The notes under the pieces were generated by a model that saw only the letters and a program-made list of their open reading frames with translations, was not told where the DNA came from and made no database searches. Source: Macrostomum lignano (lineage: Eukaryota). From it: 64,000 nucleotides of DNA. Shown here one piece after another: positions 11,500-24,100 of the stretch. A program made the translations under genes and the position numbers. Numbering within the stretch: the first letter of the stretch is position 1; each line of letters starts with the position of its first letter. The stretch spans positions 1-64,000 of the forward strand of contig NIVC01002076.1 in assembly GCA_002269645.1 (NCBI GenBank). The letters run 5' to 3'.

Positions 11500-13520
11500 G
11501 GGAGGAGAGGGTGAGGCTGGAGGGGAGGAGAGGCTGAGCACTTGAGGGGAGGAGAGGCTGAGCACTCGAGGGGAGGAGAGGCTGAGCACTTGAGGGGAGG
11601 AGAGGCTGAGCACTCGAGGGGAGGAGAGGTTGGGGTTGGGGAAAGAAGGCGGTGGTGCTGGAAGGAAGGATGGGGCTAAAGGGTAAGAGGGTGGGGCTAG
11701 AGGGTAGAAGAGGATGGAAGCTGGAGGGGAGCGTGGGGCAGTAGGGGAAGAGGGCGGGGCTTGAGGGAAGGAGAGTCGGGCTGGAGGGAAGGAGGGTGGT
11801 GCTGCAGAGAAGGAGGGTAGGGCTGGAGGGAAGGAGGGTGGGGCTGGAGGGAAGGAGAGTGGGGCTGGAGGGAAGGAGAGTGGGGCTAGAGGAAAGGAGA
11901 GCAGGGCTGGAGGGAAGGAGGGTGTGGCTGGAGGGAAGGAGGGTGGGGCTGGAGGGAAGGAGAGTGGGGCTGGAGGGAAGGAGAGTGGGGCTAGAGGAAA
12001 GGAGAGCAGGGCTGGAGGGAAGGAGGGTGTGGCTGGAGGGAAGGAGGGTAGGGCTAGAGGGAGGGAGGGTGGGGCTGGAGCTAAGGCGAGTGGGGCTGGA
12101 GGGAAAGGGGTAGGGTTAGAGGGAAGGATGGGGTGGAAGGGTAAGAGGGTGGGGCTAGAGGGTGGAAGAGGATGGAAGCTGGAGGGGAGCGTGGGGCAGT
12201 AAAGGAAGAGGGCGGGGCTTGAGGGAAGGAGAGTGGGGCTGGAGGGAAGGAGTGTCGGGCTGGAGGGAAGGAGGGTGGGGCTGGAGGGAAGGAGAGTGGG
12301 GCTGGAGGGAAGGAGGGTAGGGCTAGAGGGAAGGAGGGTGGGCTAGAGGGAAGGCGAGTGGGGCTGGAGGGAAGGAGGGTAGGGCTAGAAGGAGGGAGGG
12401 TGGGTCCTGGAGGGAGGAGAGGGTGGAAGCTGGAAGGGAGGGTGGAAAGTCGAGGAGGAGGGCAGGGCTAGAGGGAAGGAGGGTGGGGATGGAGGGAAGG
12501 AGAGTGGGGCTGGAGGGAAGGAGGGTAGGGCTGGAGGGAAGGAGGGTAGGGCTGGAGGGAAAGGGGGTAGGGTTAGAGGGAAGGATGGGGCTGAAGGGTA
12601 AGAGGGTGGGGCTAGAGGGTAGAAGAGGATGGAAGCTGGAGGGGAGCGTGGGGCAGTAGGGGAAGAGGGCAGGGCTTGAGGGAAGGAGAGTCGGGCTGGA
12701 GGGAAGGAGGGTGGGGCTGGAGGGAAGGAGAGTGGGGCTGGAGGGAAGGAGAGTGGGGCTGGAGGAAAGGAGGGTAGGGCTAGAGGGAAGGAGGGTAGGG
12801 CTAGAGGGAAGGAGGGTGGGCTAGAGGGAAGGAGGGTGGGCTAGAGAGAAGGAGGGTGGGGCTAGAGGGTAGGAGGGTGGTGCTGCAGAGAAGGAGGGTA
12901 GGGCTGGAGGGAAAGGGGGTAGGGTTAGAGGGAAGGATAGGGCTGAAGGGTTGGGCTAGAGGATAGAAGATGGAAGCTGGAGGGGAATGCGGGGTAGTAG
13001 GGGAAAAAGGTAGGGCTAGAAGGAAAGCAGGGTAGCAGGGAGGGAGGATAGGGCTGGAGGGAAGGAGGGTAGTGTTGCAGGGAGGGAGGGTAGGGCTGGA
13101 GAGAAGGAGGGTGGTGGTGCAGGGAAGGAGGGTAGGGCTTGAAAGGGAGGAGGGTGAGGCTAGAAAGAAGGATAAGACTGGAAGGTAGGATGAGACTAGA
13201 GTGGAGGAGGATAGGGCTGGAAAGAAAAAAAGATGGGGCTAGAGGTTCAAAGAGGTTTAGGTGGGGCTGGAGGAAGAGGTGAGGCTAGGAGGGTTAGGCT
13301 GGAGAGGAGAAGAGAGTAAGGGCTAGAAATGAGGAAAGTAAGAACTAGAAAAGAGAAGGTAGGTAGTGAAGAGGAGAGAATAAGGATTCAAGGGGAAGAC
13401 ATGATGGGGCTAAAATAAAGAAAGGAGTAATATTGGAAGGAAGAGGAGGTAAATTTTTCAAAAAGAAAATAGGTCTAGAAAGAAGAACAGGATATAGATA
13501 GAGGTTAGAGAGGAAGAAAA
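11500..13520 (-). repeat. Purine-rich copy of the same tract in arm B, decaying into A-rich sequence
   Basis: GGCTGGAGGGAAGGAGGGTG units that become progressively A-rich beyond ~13100. Confidence 0.9.
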
Positions 13521-15157
13521 GGTCATGACTACTAGATAGATATCATGACTTACTTTATAATGGTAGTAAATAACTAGTTGCCAGTCTATGGTTTATGGCT
13601 TTAAGTTTATAATCTAATTTCTAAAATATTTTTTAATTTTGTGGAGAAATCTTATTTATCAAAATATTTAAAAAATGTGCATAATATTTCAATATAGAAT
13701 GTGCTCTATATTATCTTGTTTTATATTTCCATTTTTGATGCTTATAAAACAGATTTATAATATTTGTTAGAAAAAATTAATATAAATATTATAATACTTC
13801 CATTCCTATAGCCTTAGTAAATTGTATAAAATATAAGCTAATTAAATTAAATCAAAGAAGGACCAAATTAACTTTACATCCAAGAAAGAAAAAAGATGCT
13901 TATTAATACTATTATTAAGTCAAAAGAACATTTTAATAATATAACATAAAGGTAAAGGCTAGGCCTTATAACACAAAAGAAAAGAAAATATTTTAGATTT
14001 AGGGCTACTAGTCAATAGAAGAAAATAATCAGTGAAACAGTAGGCTTTGTATTACTAAATGCAAAATTACTAGGCCTAGCTGCCTAGGTAGTTTTAAATT
14101 TAATCTATTGCCATTGACATTGGTAGAACAGTAGGTCCTAAATAAATCTGTAACAAAATGGCAATAGTAGTAAAATTTAATATTTAGGTCGAACAGCATA
14201 GCATAGGCCTAGCCGATTAGACCAAGAATAAGATAGCTAGGTAAGATGCGCAACTTCCTAGACTAGAACTAGCTACATTGGTCACTAGCCCTTTAAATTT
14301 TTGCTAATCCTGACGCAGGCTAATTATTTTAATAGCTAGCTAGAATGGAATTTGAATTATACAGTTTACCAACATCACCCGTGACAACTTCTACACGCGA
14401 GTACACGGAAGCCTTAAAATGCATAAAAATATGGGTACAAATACCTATCGACGGGTATTATCTGCCTTTAAGGAAAATGCTCTCAAGGAAAAGGCTAAAA
14501 AAAAAGGTTAAGGCTCTTGTGAAGAGGTATTTTTGAGCCTTACGTTGTGTCACGGGTGATACATCTTACTAATACATTTTCGTACACAAAACATGTATTG
14601 ACCGCTTCTGAAGCCGAAAAAAACGTGTCCTATTCTGCTACGTGTTTGTGACACTGATGGAACTATAATTATAGATCAACCTACCTCGCGGAGCCTAGTA
14701 GTAGATATATAGCCACAAGCATAATTGAGTTTGTAGACCTAAGTGTAAGTGATCAAGTTTTTTGTGTTTAGTGTGGTAGTAGTATCAATTCATCTTGGCA
14801 ATTCCAAAGGTACAGAATTTTGCTGAATTGTTGAATGAACGTAGGGGCCTAACAATTGCAAGTTGTGTATAGGCCTATGCCCAAAGTTTAGATATTCAAG
14901 AAGGCCTACAGTACAGCTTTTCGGACTTTTCAGCCTTCGAGTCTTTTAGACCCACTGCGTGGCCGTGTGGACTAGCTAGTAGTCATCTGACTTCTTAGGT
15001 AGGCCTAAACTAAGCTGCCTAGTAGGTGAGGTTTAATTACATATAGATACTAGATAGGCCAATCATTAGAAACTAGATAGTAAACCTTGTAAGTTTCCTA
15101 GGCCTACTAAAGCATTGGAACAAGTCAAATCGTTTTTGTAAAGGCTAGGGCCTAAGC

Positions 15158-18100
15158 ATGTCAAATGTTGTCAAACAACTTGCTGGAGGTGGTGGTGGTC
15201 AAAGTTTAATGGACCGTGTAACAGCAGCCAAGCATTCAATATCTGGAGCTGGTTTGGCAAAAGTGATTTGCAAAGCAACAACTGAAGAGCAAATGGCTCC
15301 AAAGAAAAAACATTTATATTGTAAGTATTCTATAGGGGCCTATTTGCATTTTTAAATAAAATTTCTAAGTTGATATTTTTTTGCAATTGAATTATATAGG
15401 CTTTACCTAACCTAGGCCCTATATTAGCCTAATTATAAATAAAAATGATTGATTAATGATAATAGAGATATTATGTCTAGGCTTCCTTAGGTGTAATATA
15501 ATAAAAATGTTCTTAAATTAAATTCTATTTATCAATTTTAAACTTGCCATTTATTTAAAAATTTTTAAATGATTTTATAATAGGGGGCCTATTATATTAT
15601 AATAAGATTAGGGCCTACCAATAATAACCAATCAATAAATTTTTTTTCTTTCCTCTTCTTTCCTCTCTCCTCTTTTGTTTTTCTCTTCCAATAAATAAAA
15701 TTTTATTAGACTTAAAAAAAGTTTAAACTTAAAAAATTAAAAGCTATTGAAACTTATACATGGGCAATTGTTAGCCAACTTAGCTAATCTGGCCATTGTA
15801 AATTGTGGTAAACTAGGGGTAAGTCACAAAAATGAGTTGACCAAAAATGAAAAAAGACAAAAACCAAGAAAAAGACATGAAAAAAGAAAAAAAAGCAATT
15901 CAAAAAAAGTAAAAATGGTGAAACAAAAGAAAAAAGTTATAAAAGGAGTAAATTAAGTTGCAAAAAAGGTTAGGTAAGTTGCAAAGAGAGCAAACTAAGT
16001 TGCAAAAAATATTAGATAAGTCATAAAGGAATAAACTAAGTTGCATTCCATAGTTAGGCACTTCAGTGAGAAAATTAAATTTCAGAAATTGTTATAGGCT
16101 GCTATTTCACTAGATAGATCTTACTTTCCCATTTCCAAAATGGCCAAACTTTAGTGATTTGGTTGAGTAATAAGGAAACTACAGCTATTTTAGTAACCCC
16201 GATTTGTGCCTTTAGCCAATGGAATTTTTACATTACGGTTTGTGATCATTTTTGGCCAAAAAGTTGGCTTTTTGTCTTTGAACACTTGTAATTAATTTTC
16301 TAGCCAACCAAAATGACTGTGCTTGGTGTCATTTTGTTCAGTTTTTTAGTGTTAATTGTATGAATTATATATTTTAATATTATTTTATATGCCCAAGTTG
16401 CTAAGCTAATTGAAACAGGATGGGTGTATGAAATTTTGACTATTTTAACCAGATACGCAATGATTGCAATTTTAAAAATACAATAGCATCTGTTCTGCTT
16501 GCTTAATTTATACAAGGCTAGTGTCATTTTGTTCAGGTTTTTACCTACTATAATACTATTCTACTTCTTGCCCTAAATTTTTAATGCATGACAGACACCC
16601 CAACTGCAATGTAATGTGCTGTACAGGCTTTGCGCATGGGTTTATTAAAAAACGGTTTTGCCTATCGTGTTCAGCATAGCAGAATTAGTTAAATGACACA
16701 GAGAACTAGTTTGCCGGAAGGCAGAGTCTCACAAAAAACACGAAATACACGTTTCAATGGGTATTTTACATGTAAACGTATCAAAAAAAGAAACCTCCAC
16801 AAAATTTTTGCGCCTATAGCTATTGGCAAGCGGTTTTTTTACTGTGCTTGTATTATCAATAGGTAATGAAAAATATAAAGAGAAACAATGCAGGAAAAGG
16901 ATTTCATGGAAAATTTTGGATTTGAAATTTTGCATAAAGCCATATGGGCATTAAAAGAAAAAAAAATTTTTTTTTAACACCAGAAAAATGTTTCTAAATT
17001 ATCCCTTTACACTATAAAACCTTTGTTTCCATTATAAGAAACACATTGCAGCTAAGAAAAAGCATTTTCTGAACCACTGTTTTTTTATTCATTTTGGCTT
17101 CAATTTTATATTCCTCCTAAAAAATGGTCAACTTTAAAAATAGACAGTGCAGAAAGTATAACAAAGCTAGACTTGCAGTTGGTGTCATTTGAAAGAGCTC
17201 CTTTTTACCTTTTAAATGCATATTTTACTTTCATCCTGGCTTCTATAGTTTCTTTAAAATCGCCCTTGAAAAATTGAACTTTTTTCTTACTTTTTTGCCA
17301 TTGGCACGCACTTCTTATAACTCACTGAAGTCCCTACCATAGTCCAAAAGGTGGCCTTTACGCCGGAATTTTCCGGCATATTTTTGCTTTCGCTGACAAT
17401 ATTGGCATATACTTGGCATATAGAATTTTAAGGCTCAACATGGAGTGTACACAGTCGATGTACAAAAAATTGCCAAGTTCAAGGCTAATGTAATTGTGTA
17501 GTTATATGTCAACCAACTTTGAAAGCTCTTTAAAAATAATCAGAAACTAAAATAAAAAATAATAATGCAATCACAAGAAAATAAAAATTAAAACAAATAA
17601 TATTAGTTTTTAGCAAAAAAACAGCTGTTTTAAAGTCTAGTAGAAGTTTAAAATTCTTAAAAATATATATTAGTTAAAAATGGCCCATAAAGAATTTTAG
17701 TCTTGGTGTAAATTTTTTTTTTATTTTACGTCAGCGTAAAATTGAAAAAACAAATTTCATTCCGGCGTACGCCTGCCATGATCCAGACTATGGGTTGCAT
17801 TTTTGGTCAAAACTAAGTCACATGGCCAGTGTAATTCTAGAGGTTGCACATATATATTGAAACCTATTCTTATATAAATTGAAAGTCATGTTTATTGCTT
17901 AAAAAACTTTTTAAAGGTTAGGATAAGGGTAAACAAAAATGTATATGAATATTAAGACCTTTGAAACTTCTTTTTCTCTTATCATATTATCATTTTCTTC
18001 TTTAATATTTTGTTTCTCTTTTCTTTTTTCTATTTTCTCTATTCTCTTAGTTCTTTTTTTTTCTTTATCATTTTTCCTATTTACTATTTTTCTTTCTTCT

Positions 18101-21100
18101 TTGCTTCTCTTTTCTCTATTCTCCTTCTCTTCTATTTCTCATCTCTTTTCTCATTTTTCTTATCTTTTTATATCTTGCTCTTTTATTTTATCTTTCCTCT
18201 CTAATCTTTTATCTCCTTTCTCTTCATCTTCTTTCTTTTATATTCTCCTATATTATCTTTTCTTTCTTTTCTTTTTACTTTCTCTTTTCTTCTTCTCTTC
18301 TTTCTTCTCTCTCCTCTCTCCTCTTTCTTCTTTTGTAGTCTTTGTCTTCTCTGTTTGTTAATCTCTAATCTTATATTCCCTCTCAATTAGGGTTAGAAAG
18401 TTTGGTAACATTTTTGTTGAAGATAATATTAAGAAAAAAGGATTTAGGAAAGAAAAGAGAAAAAATAAGAGTTAAAAAAGAGGAAGTGGGGAAAGAAGAA
18501 AGATAAAGTTTCAAAATAACTAAGGGTGAGTGCTAAATAGAGAGTCTTTGCTAGCCAGAGTTTGCCAACCCTTATTTTAGAGTTTATAAAATCAATGAGA
18601 AACTATTGGTATAGGCTGCTTATGTCAAAAATCTTGTCTATGTTTGAAGCTTGAGGGCTTAAGTAACCCAATATTAGAAAAAGCAGGAAAAAATTTACAT
18701 GCTCACAATTTCTATCCTAATTGAGTTGTAGAAGTGATACTTTCTTTTTTAAGACAGAGAATTAGTCAATGAAAAAAAGTTTGAAATAAATTGCTTCTTC
18801 TAAAGCAAACTTTTAGCAGCCAAAAGTTAGCCCATTGTCACTATTTTCACTAAGGTCATCTCAGCAATTCCCTCTGAGCTGAGGACATAGCTCCCTCCCC
18901 ATGAGCCTTGTCATCTCAGCAATTACTCCATTAGCCTTGTCATCTCAGCAATTACTCCATGAGCCTTGTCATCTCAGCAATTACTCCACGAGCCTTGTCA
19001 TCTCAGCAATTACTCCATTAGCCTTGTCATCTCAGCAATTACTCCACGAGCCTTGTCATCTCAGCAATTACTCAATTAGCCTTGTCATCTCAGCAATTAC
19101 TCCACGAGCCTTGTCATCTCAGCAATTACTCCATTAGCCTTGTCATCTCAGCAATTACTCCATTAGCCTTGGCATCTCAGCAACTCCCCCATAAGCTTTG
19201 GGATCTCAGCAATTCCCCCCATGAGCCTTGGGATCTCAGCAACTCCCCCCATGAGCCTTGGGATCTCAGCAACTCCCCCATGAGCCTTGGGATCTCAGCA
19301 ATTCCCCCCATTAGCCTTGGGATCTCAGCAACTCCCCCCATGAGCCTTGGCATCTCAGCAACTCCCCCCATGAGCCTTGGGATCTCAGCAACTCCCCCTT
19401 GAGCCTTGGGATCTCAGCAATCCCACAGTATTCAAACCCTATAAACACTAATTCACGCACTCATTGCTCCCACCCCGGCAGACCTAGTGGAATGCACCAA
19501 CGAGAGCAACATCAGCATTCCCGAGCTGGCTAACGAGCTACTAGAACGGCTGAAGAATCAAAACTGGGTTGTCGTGTTCAAAACTCTAATTAGCATTCAC
19601 CACCTGATGAACTATGGCAATGAGAGATTCACGCAGTATTTAGCCTCAAATAACTGCAGCTTTGCTTTGCTAAACTTCTCCGATAAGTCTAGCGTTCAGG
19701 GCGCCGATATGTCGCGATTTATTTGTCGGTATAGCGCCTACGTGCAGGAGAAAGCCATCGCTTATAGGAGCCTGGCATTCGACTTCTGCAAGGTGAGACA
19801 ATCTTGTTATTAACAATCGATGTGATTGTAATTTTTATTGAAATATGGGATTTAGGCATGAAAATATGCTGTTGTAATCGTTGCACAGATGGGAGTGCAC
19901 TGGTCGTAGATTGGGATAGCGCTTTCTAAAGATGGGCGTTGGAATGTGTTGTAGAGGAGAGAATGTGTTGTACATGGGAATGTTTTGTACAGCTGGGAAT
20001 GTATTGTATAGATGGGAATGTGTTGTACTGGTAAGAATGTATTGTGGGTTGTATATGTGGAAATGTGCTGTACAGTCAAGAATGTATTGTTTAGGTGGGA
20101 ATGTGTTGTACATTCAATTTGGAATGTGCTATAGAGTCGGTAATGTGCTACGAGCACAAGAATGCTTTTTCAACATGTTAATGTTTTATTATTTCCCCAT
20201 TAAACTCACAGATAAAGCGCGGTTCTGAAGACGCCGTCCTGCGCACAATGTCCGCCGAGAAGCTGCTAAAGTCGCTGCCAGTGCTCATTGCTCAATTTGA
20301 CTCTTTGCTCAGCTTTGACGCCCGCGGCAACGAGCTTAGCAACGCGGTGATTAGCGCGGCATTCGCTCTGATGTACAGGGACGCCACCCGGCTGTTTGTG
20401 GCCTTTAACGACGGGATTATTAACCTGCTGTCCAAGTTCTTCGAGGCCATGAGCAAGAAGCAGTGCAAAGAGTCGCTGGAGATTTATAGGAAATTTGTCA
20501 CGCGAAGCGAACGGCTTAATGAGTTCTCTAAGGTAAGATGGATTACCTATAATGTTGTATTGTAATTTGTGTGTTAATGAGTTTAACGTAGTGGAATGCG
20601 CTGTGATTAGCTATAAATGTGTTGGAATGCACTGTGATTTGCTATAAATGTGTTGGAATGCACTGTGATTGGCTATAAATGTGTTGGAATGCACTTGATT
20701 AGCTATAAATGTGTTGGAATGCGCTATGATTTGCTATAAATGTGTTGGAATGCACTGTGATTTGCTATAAATGTGTTGGAGTGCACTGTGATTAGCTATA
20801 AATGTGTTGGAATGCACTGTGATTAGCTATAAATGTATTGGAATTTGGAATGCACTGTGATTAGCTATAAATGTGTTGGAATGCACTGTGATTGAAGCTG
20901 TAAGTGTGCAGTGACAAGTTTTTGAAAAAGAAAGCTTGTTAGTGGGGGTAAATATGCTTAGAGGGTGTCTAGTTGTACTGCATTACGCTAGGGTCATTTA
21001 TCTGGCGTAATAATTTATATGTAGTATTAGTAGAGCTACATCAATGTAGAGACAAGGACTGCGTTGTGGACCTAATATTTTGTGTATTATGGTAAATAAA

Positions 21101-24100
21101 TATTGGAGGCGAGCCGGCAGCTGGGCGCCTTTTCCTCCCTCCCGTATTTTGGGTGTGGCATTTTAGCAAATTAGCTAATAGAATTTCTCTATTAACTTAA
21201 TGCGGCTTATCTCTGCTTGCGTGCCTGATTTACTTAAATTATCAGTGTATGTGTTTTATCTGGCACCCACATGTGCGCTCAGCAACAGCTAAACCCACCC
21301 CGAACTCGCGCTTTCAACGTGGGGAAAAAGTCAAGAAATGTTTTTTTTCATTGGGAATTCTACTGGCGCCCCTGGTGCTGGCGCCCCTGATGCTGGCGCC
21401 CCTGGTGCTGGCGCCCCTGGTGCTGGCGCCCCTGGTGCTGGCGCCCCTGGTGCTGGCGCCCCTGGTGCTGGCGCTCCTAGTGCAGAAGCCCCCCTAGGGC
21501 TAAAACCCCCGATTCTTGGTGCTAAACCCCTGGTTCAGAAGCCCCTAGGGCTAAAACCCCCGATTCTTGGTGCTAAACCCCTGGTTCAGAAGCCCCTAGG
21601 GCTAAAACCCCCGATTCTTGGTGCTAAACCCCTGGTGCAGAAGCCCCTAGGGCTAAAACCCCCGATTCTTGGTGCTAAACCCCTGGTGCAGAAGCCCCTA
21701 GGGCTAAAACCCCCGATTCTTGGTGCTAAACCCCTGGTTCAGAAGCCCCTAGGGCTAAAACCCCCGATTCTTGGTGCTAAACCCCTGGTGCAGAAGCCCC
21801 TAGGGCTAAAACCCCCGATTCTTGGTGCTTAACCCCTGGTGCAGAGCCCCTAGGGCTAAAACCCCCGGACCTGGGTGCTAAACCCCTGGTGCTAAAGCCC
21901 CTATTCGCGGCTTGGCGAGTGTCCCTGGTACCCCTAAGATTTTGCATGCTCTTAGTTCCTTCACACGTTAGCGAATCACAAATGACTGAAATTCTGTGCA
22001 GTCTGTATTAGGGGCTGTCAGCAGTTTACGGGCTATATTTTTTGCGTGCTAATGCTGAATCATTATAACACTAAAAGCACTTAGAGTTCGTACTTCCGCG
22101 TTTCTGTCAGCTAGAATCAAAAACTATTTTCAAAGAGAACAAGCTTACGTAACGATAAACAAGTATTTAGAGACTTGATTTCACAATGAAATGCAAAAAA
22201 GTATACATTATCGAGCCAATTGCAAATGGGAGCGAACTTCTCTGGTTAGCAAAGTCTTCAAGGTGGACAGCTCAAACTAACTTGCAATTGCAATGTGCCA
22301 GAAGTCTTATCTGCTTTGAACTCACTATCATTCTCCGCTTCTGGAGTCTAAAAAGGCACTGTTAAGTGTAAGCGGTGGTCTGAGAATCTTGCCTCTTGAG
22401 AAAAACAAACTTATGCTGCAAAATAGTAAGTTTGACCTTTTTAAAAAACTTGTGAAGCTGCGCACTTAGAAGTACGATGCAGCCTTTTTCGACTAGTGTT
22501 TATTTGAATTGCGACTTGGATTGGAAAGATTTAGATTGAGCAGTGGATTGGAGATTTGGATTGAGCAGTGGATTGAAGATTTGGATTGAGCAGTGGATTG
22601 GAGATTTGGATTGAGCAGTGGATTGGAGATTTAGATTGAGCAGTGGATTGGAGAGATTTAGATTAAGCAGTGGATTGGAGAGATTTAGATTAAGCAGTGG
22701 ATTGGAGAGATTTAGATTAAGCAGTGGATTGGAGAGATTTAGATTAAGCAGTGGATTGGAGATTTGGATTGAGCAGTGGATTGGAGAGATTTAGATTAAG
22801 CAGTGGATTGGAGATTTGGATTGAGCAGTGGATTGGAGAGATTTAGATTAAGCAGTGGATTGGAGATTTGGATTGAGCAATGGATTGGAGAGATTTAGAT
22901 TAAGCAGTGGATTGGAGAGATTTAGATTAAGCAGTGGATTGGAGAGATTTAGATTAAGCAGTGGATTGGAGATTTGGATTGAGCAGTGGATTGGAGAGAT
23001 TTAGATTAAGCAGTGGATTGGAGATTTGGATTGAGCAGTGGATTGGAGAGATTTAGATTAAGCAGTGGATTGGAGATTTGGATTGAGCAATGGATTGGAG
23101 AGATTTAGATTAAGCAGTGGATTGGAGAGATTTAGATTAAGCAGTGGATTGGAGATTTGGATTGAGCAGTGGATTGGAGAGATTTAGATTAAGCAGTGGA
23201 TTGGAGAGATTTAGATTAAGCAGTGGATTGGAGATTTGGATTGAGTAGTGAATTGGAGATTTGGATTGAGCAGTGGATTGGAGATTTGCATTGAGCAGTG
23301 GATTGGAGATTTAGATTGAGCAGTGGATTGGAGATTTGCATTGAGCAGTGAATTGGAGATTTGGATTGAGCAGTGGATTGGAGAGATTTGGATTGAGCAG
23401 TGGATTGGAGATTTGGATTGAGCAGTGGATTGGAGATTTGCATTGAGCAGTGAATTGGAGAGATTTAGATTGAGCAGTGGATTGGAGATTTAGATTGAGC
23501 AGTGGATTGGAGATTTAGATTGAGCAGTGGATTGGAGATTTGGATTGAGCAGTGGATTGGAGATTTGGATTGAGCAGTGGATTGGAGATTTGGATTGAGC
23601 AGTGGATTGGAGAGATTTGGATTGAGCAGTGGATTGGAGATTTGGATTGAGCAGTGGATTGGAGATTTGGATTGAGCAGTGGATTGGAGATTTGGATTGA
23701 GCAGTGGATTGGAGAGATTTGGATTGAGCAGTGGATTGGAGATTTGGATTGAGCAGTGAATTGGAGATTTGGATTGAGCAGTGGATTGGAGATTTGGATT
23801 GAGCAGTGGATTGAAGATTTGGATTGAGCAGTGGATTGGAGATTTAGATTGAGCAGTGGATTGGAGAGATTTAGATTAAGCAGTGGATTGGAGAGATTTA
23901 GATTAAGCAGTGGATTGGAGATTTGGATTGAGCAGTGGATTGGAGAGATTTAGATTAAGCAGTGGATTGGAGATTTGGATTGAGCAGTGGATTGGAGAGA
24001 TTTAGATTAAGCAGTGGATTGGAGATTTGGATTGAGCAGTGGATTGGAGAGATTTAGATTAAGCAGTGGATTGGAGATTTGGATTGAGCAGTGAATTGGA

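Larger units (their letters stand above)
6735..14660 (-). repeat. Large repeat arm B (~7.9 kb), inverted relative to arms A and C
   Basis: Identical ORF-track translations on opposite strands (10688-11002 vs 62426-62740; 14345-14536 vs 58891-59082). Outer end CGTGTTTGTGACACTGATGG (14641-14660) is the reverse complement of 58767-58786. Confidence 0.95.

Noticed and set aside
14374-14560. 13-bp inverted repeat ATCACCCGTGACA bracketing ~190 bp near the arm terminus (also at ~58867-59053)
   Set aside because: Too short, no TSD identified; may be a MITE remnant but cannot be supported.
16600-17800. Possible degenerate DNA-transposon ends in PICALM intron 1 (CCATAGTC...TACGCCGGAA at ~17336 and inverted at ~17760)
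   Set aside because: Partial, mismatch-rich inverted similarity only; no family or TSD assignable.
21338-21832. Collagen/elastin-like (GAPGA)n ORF
   Set aside because: Translation of intronic 15-bp and 51-bp repeats; no convincing splice sites or start, and PICALM exons 3 and 4 join correctly without it.
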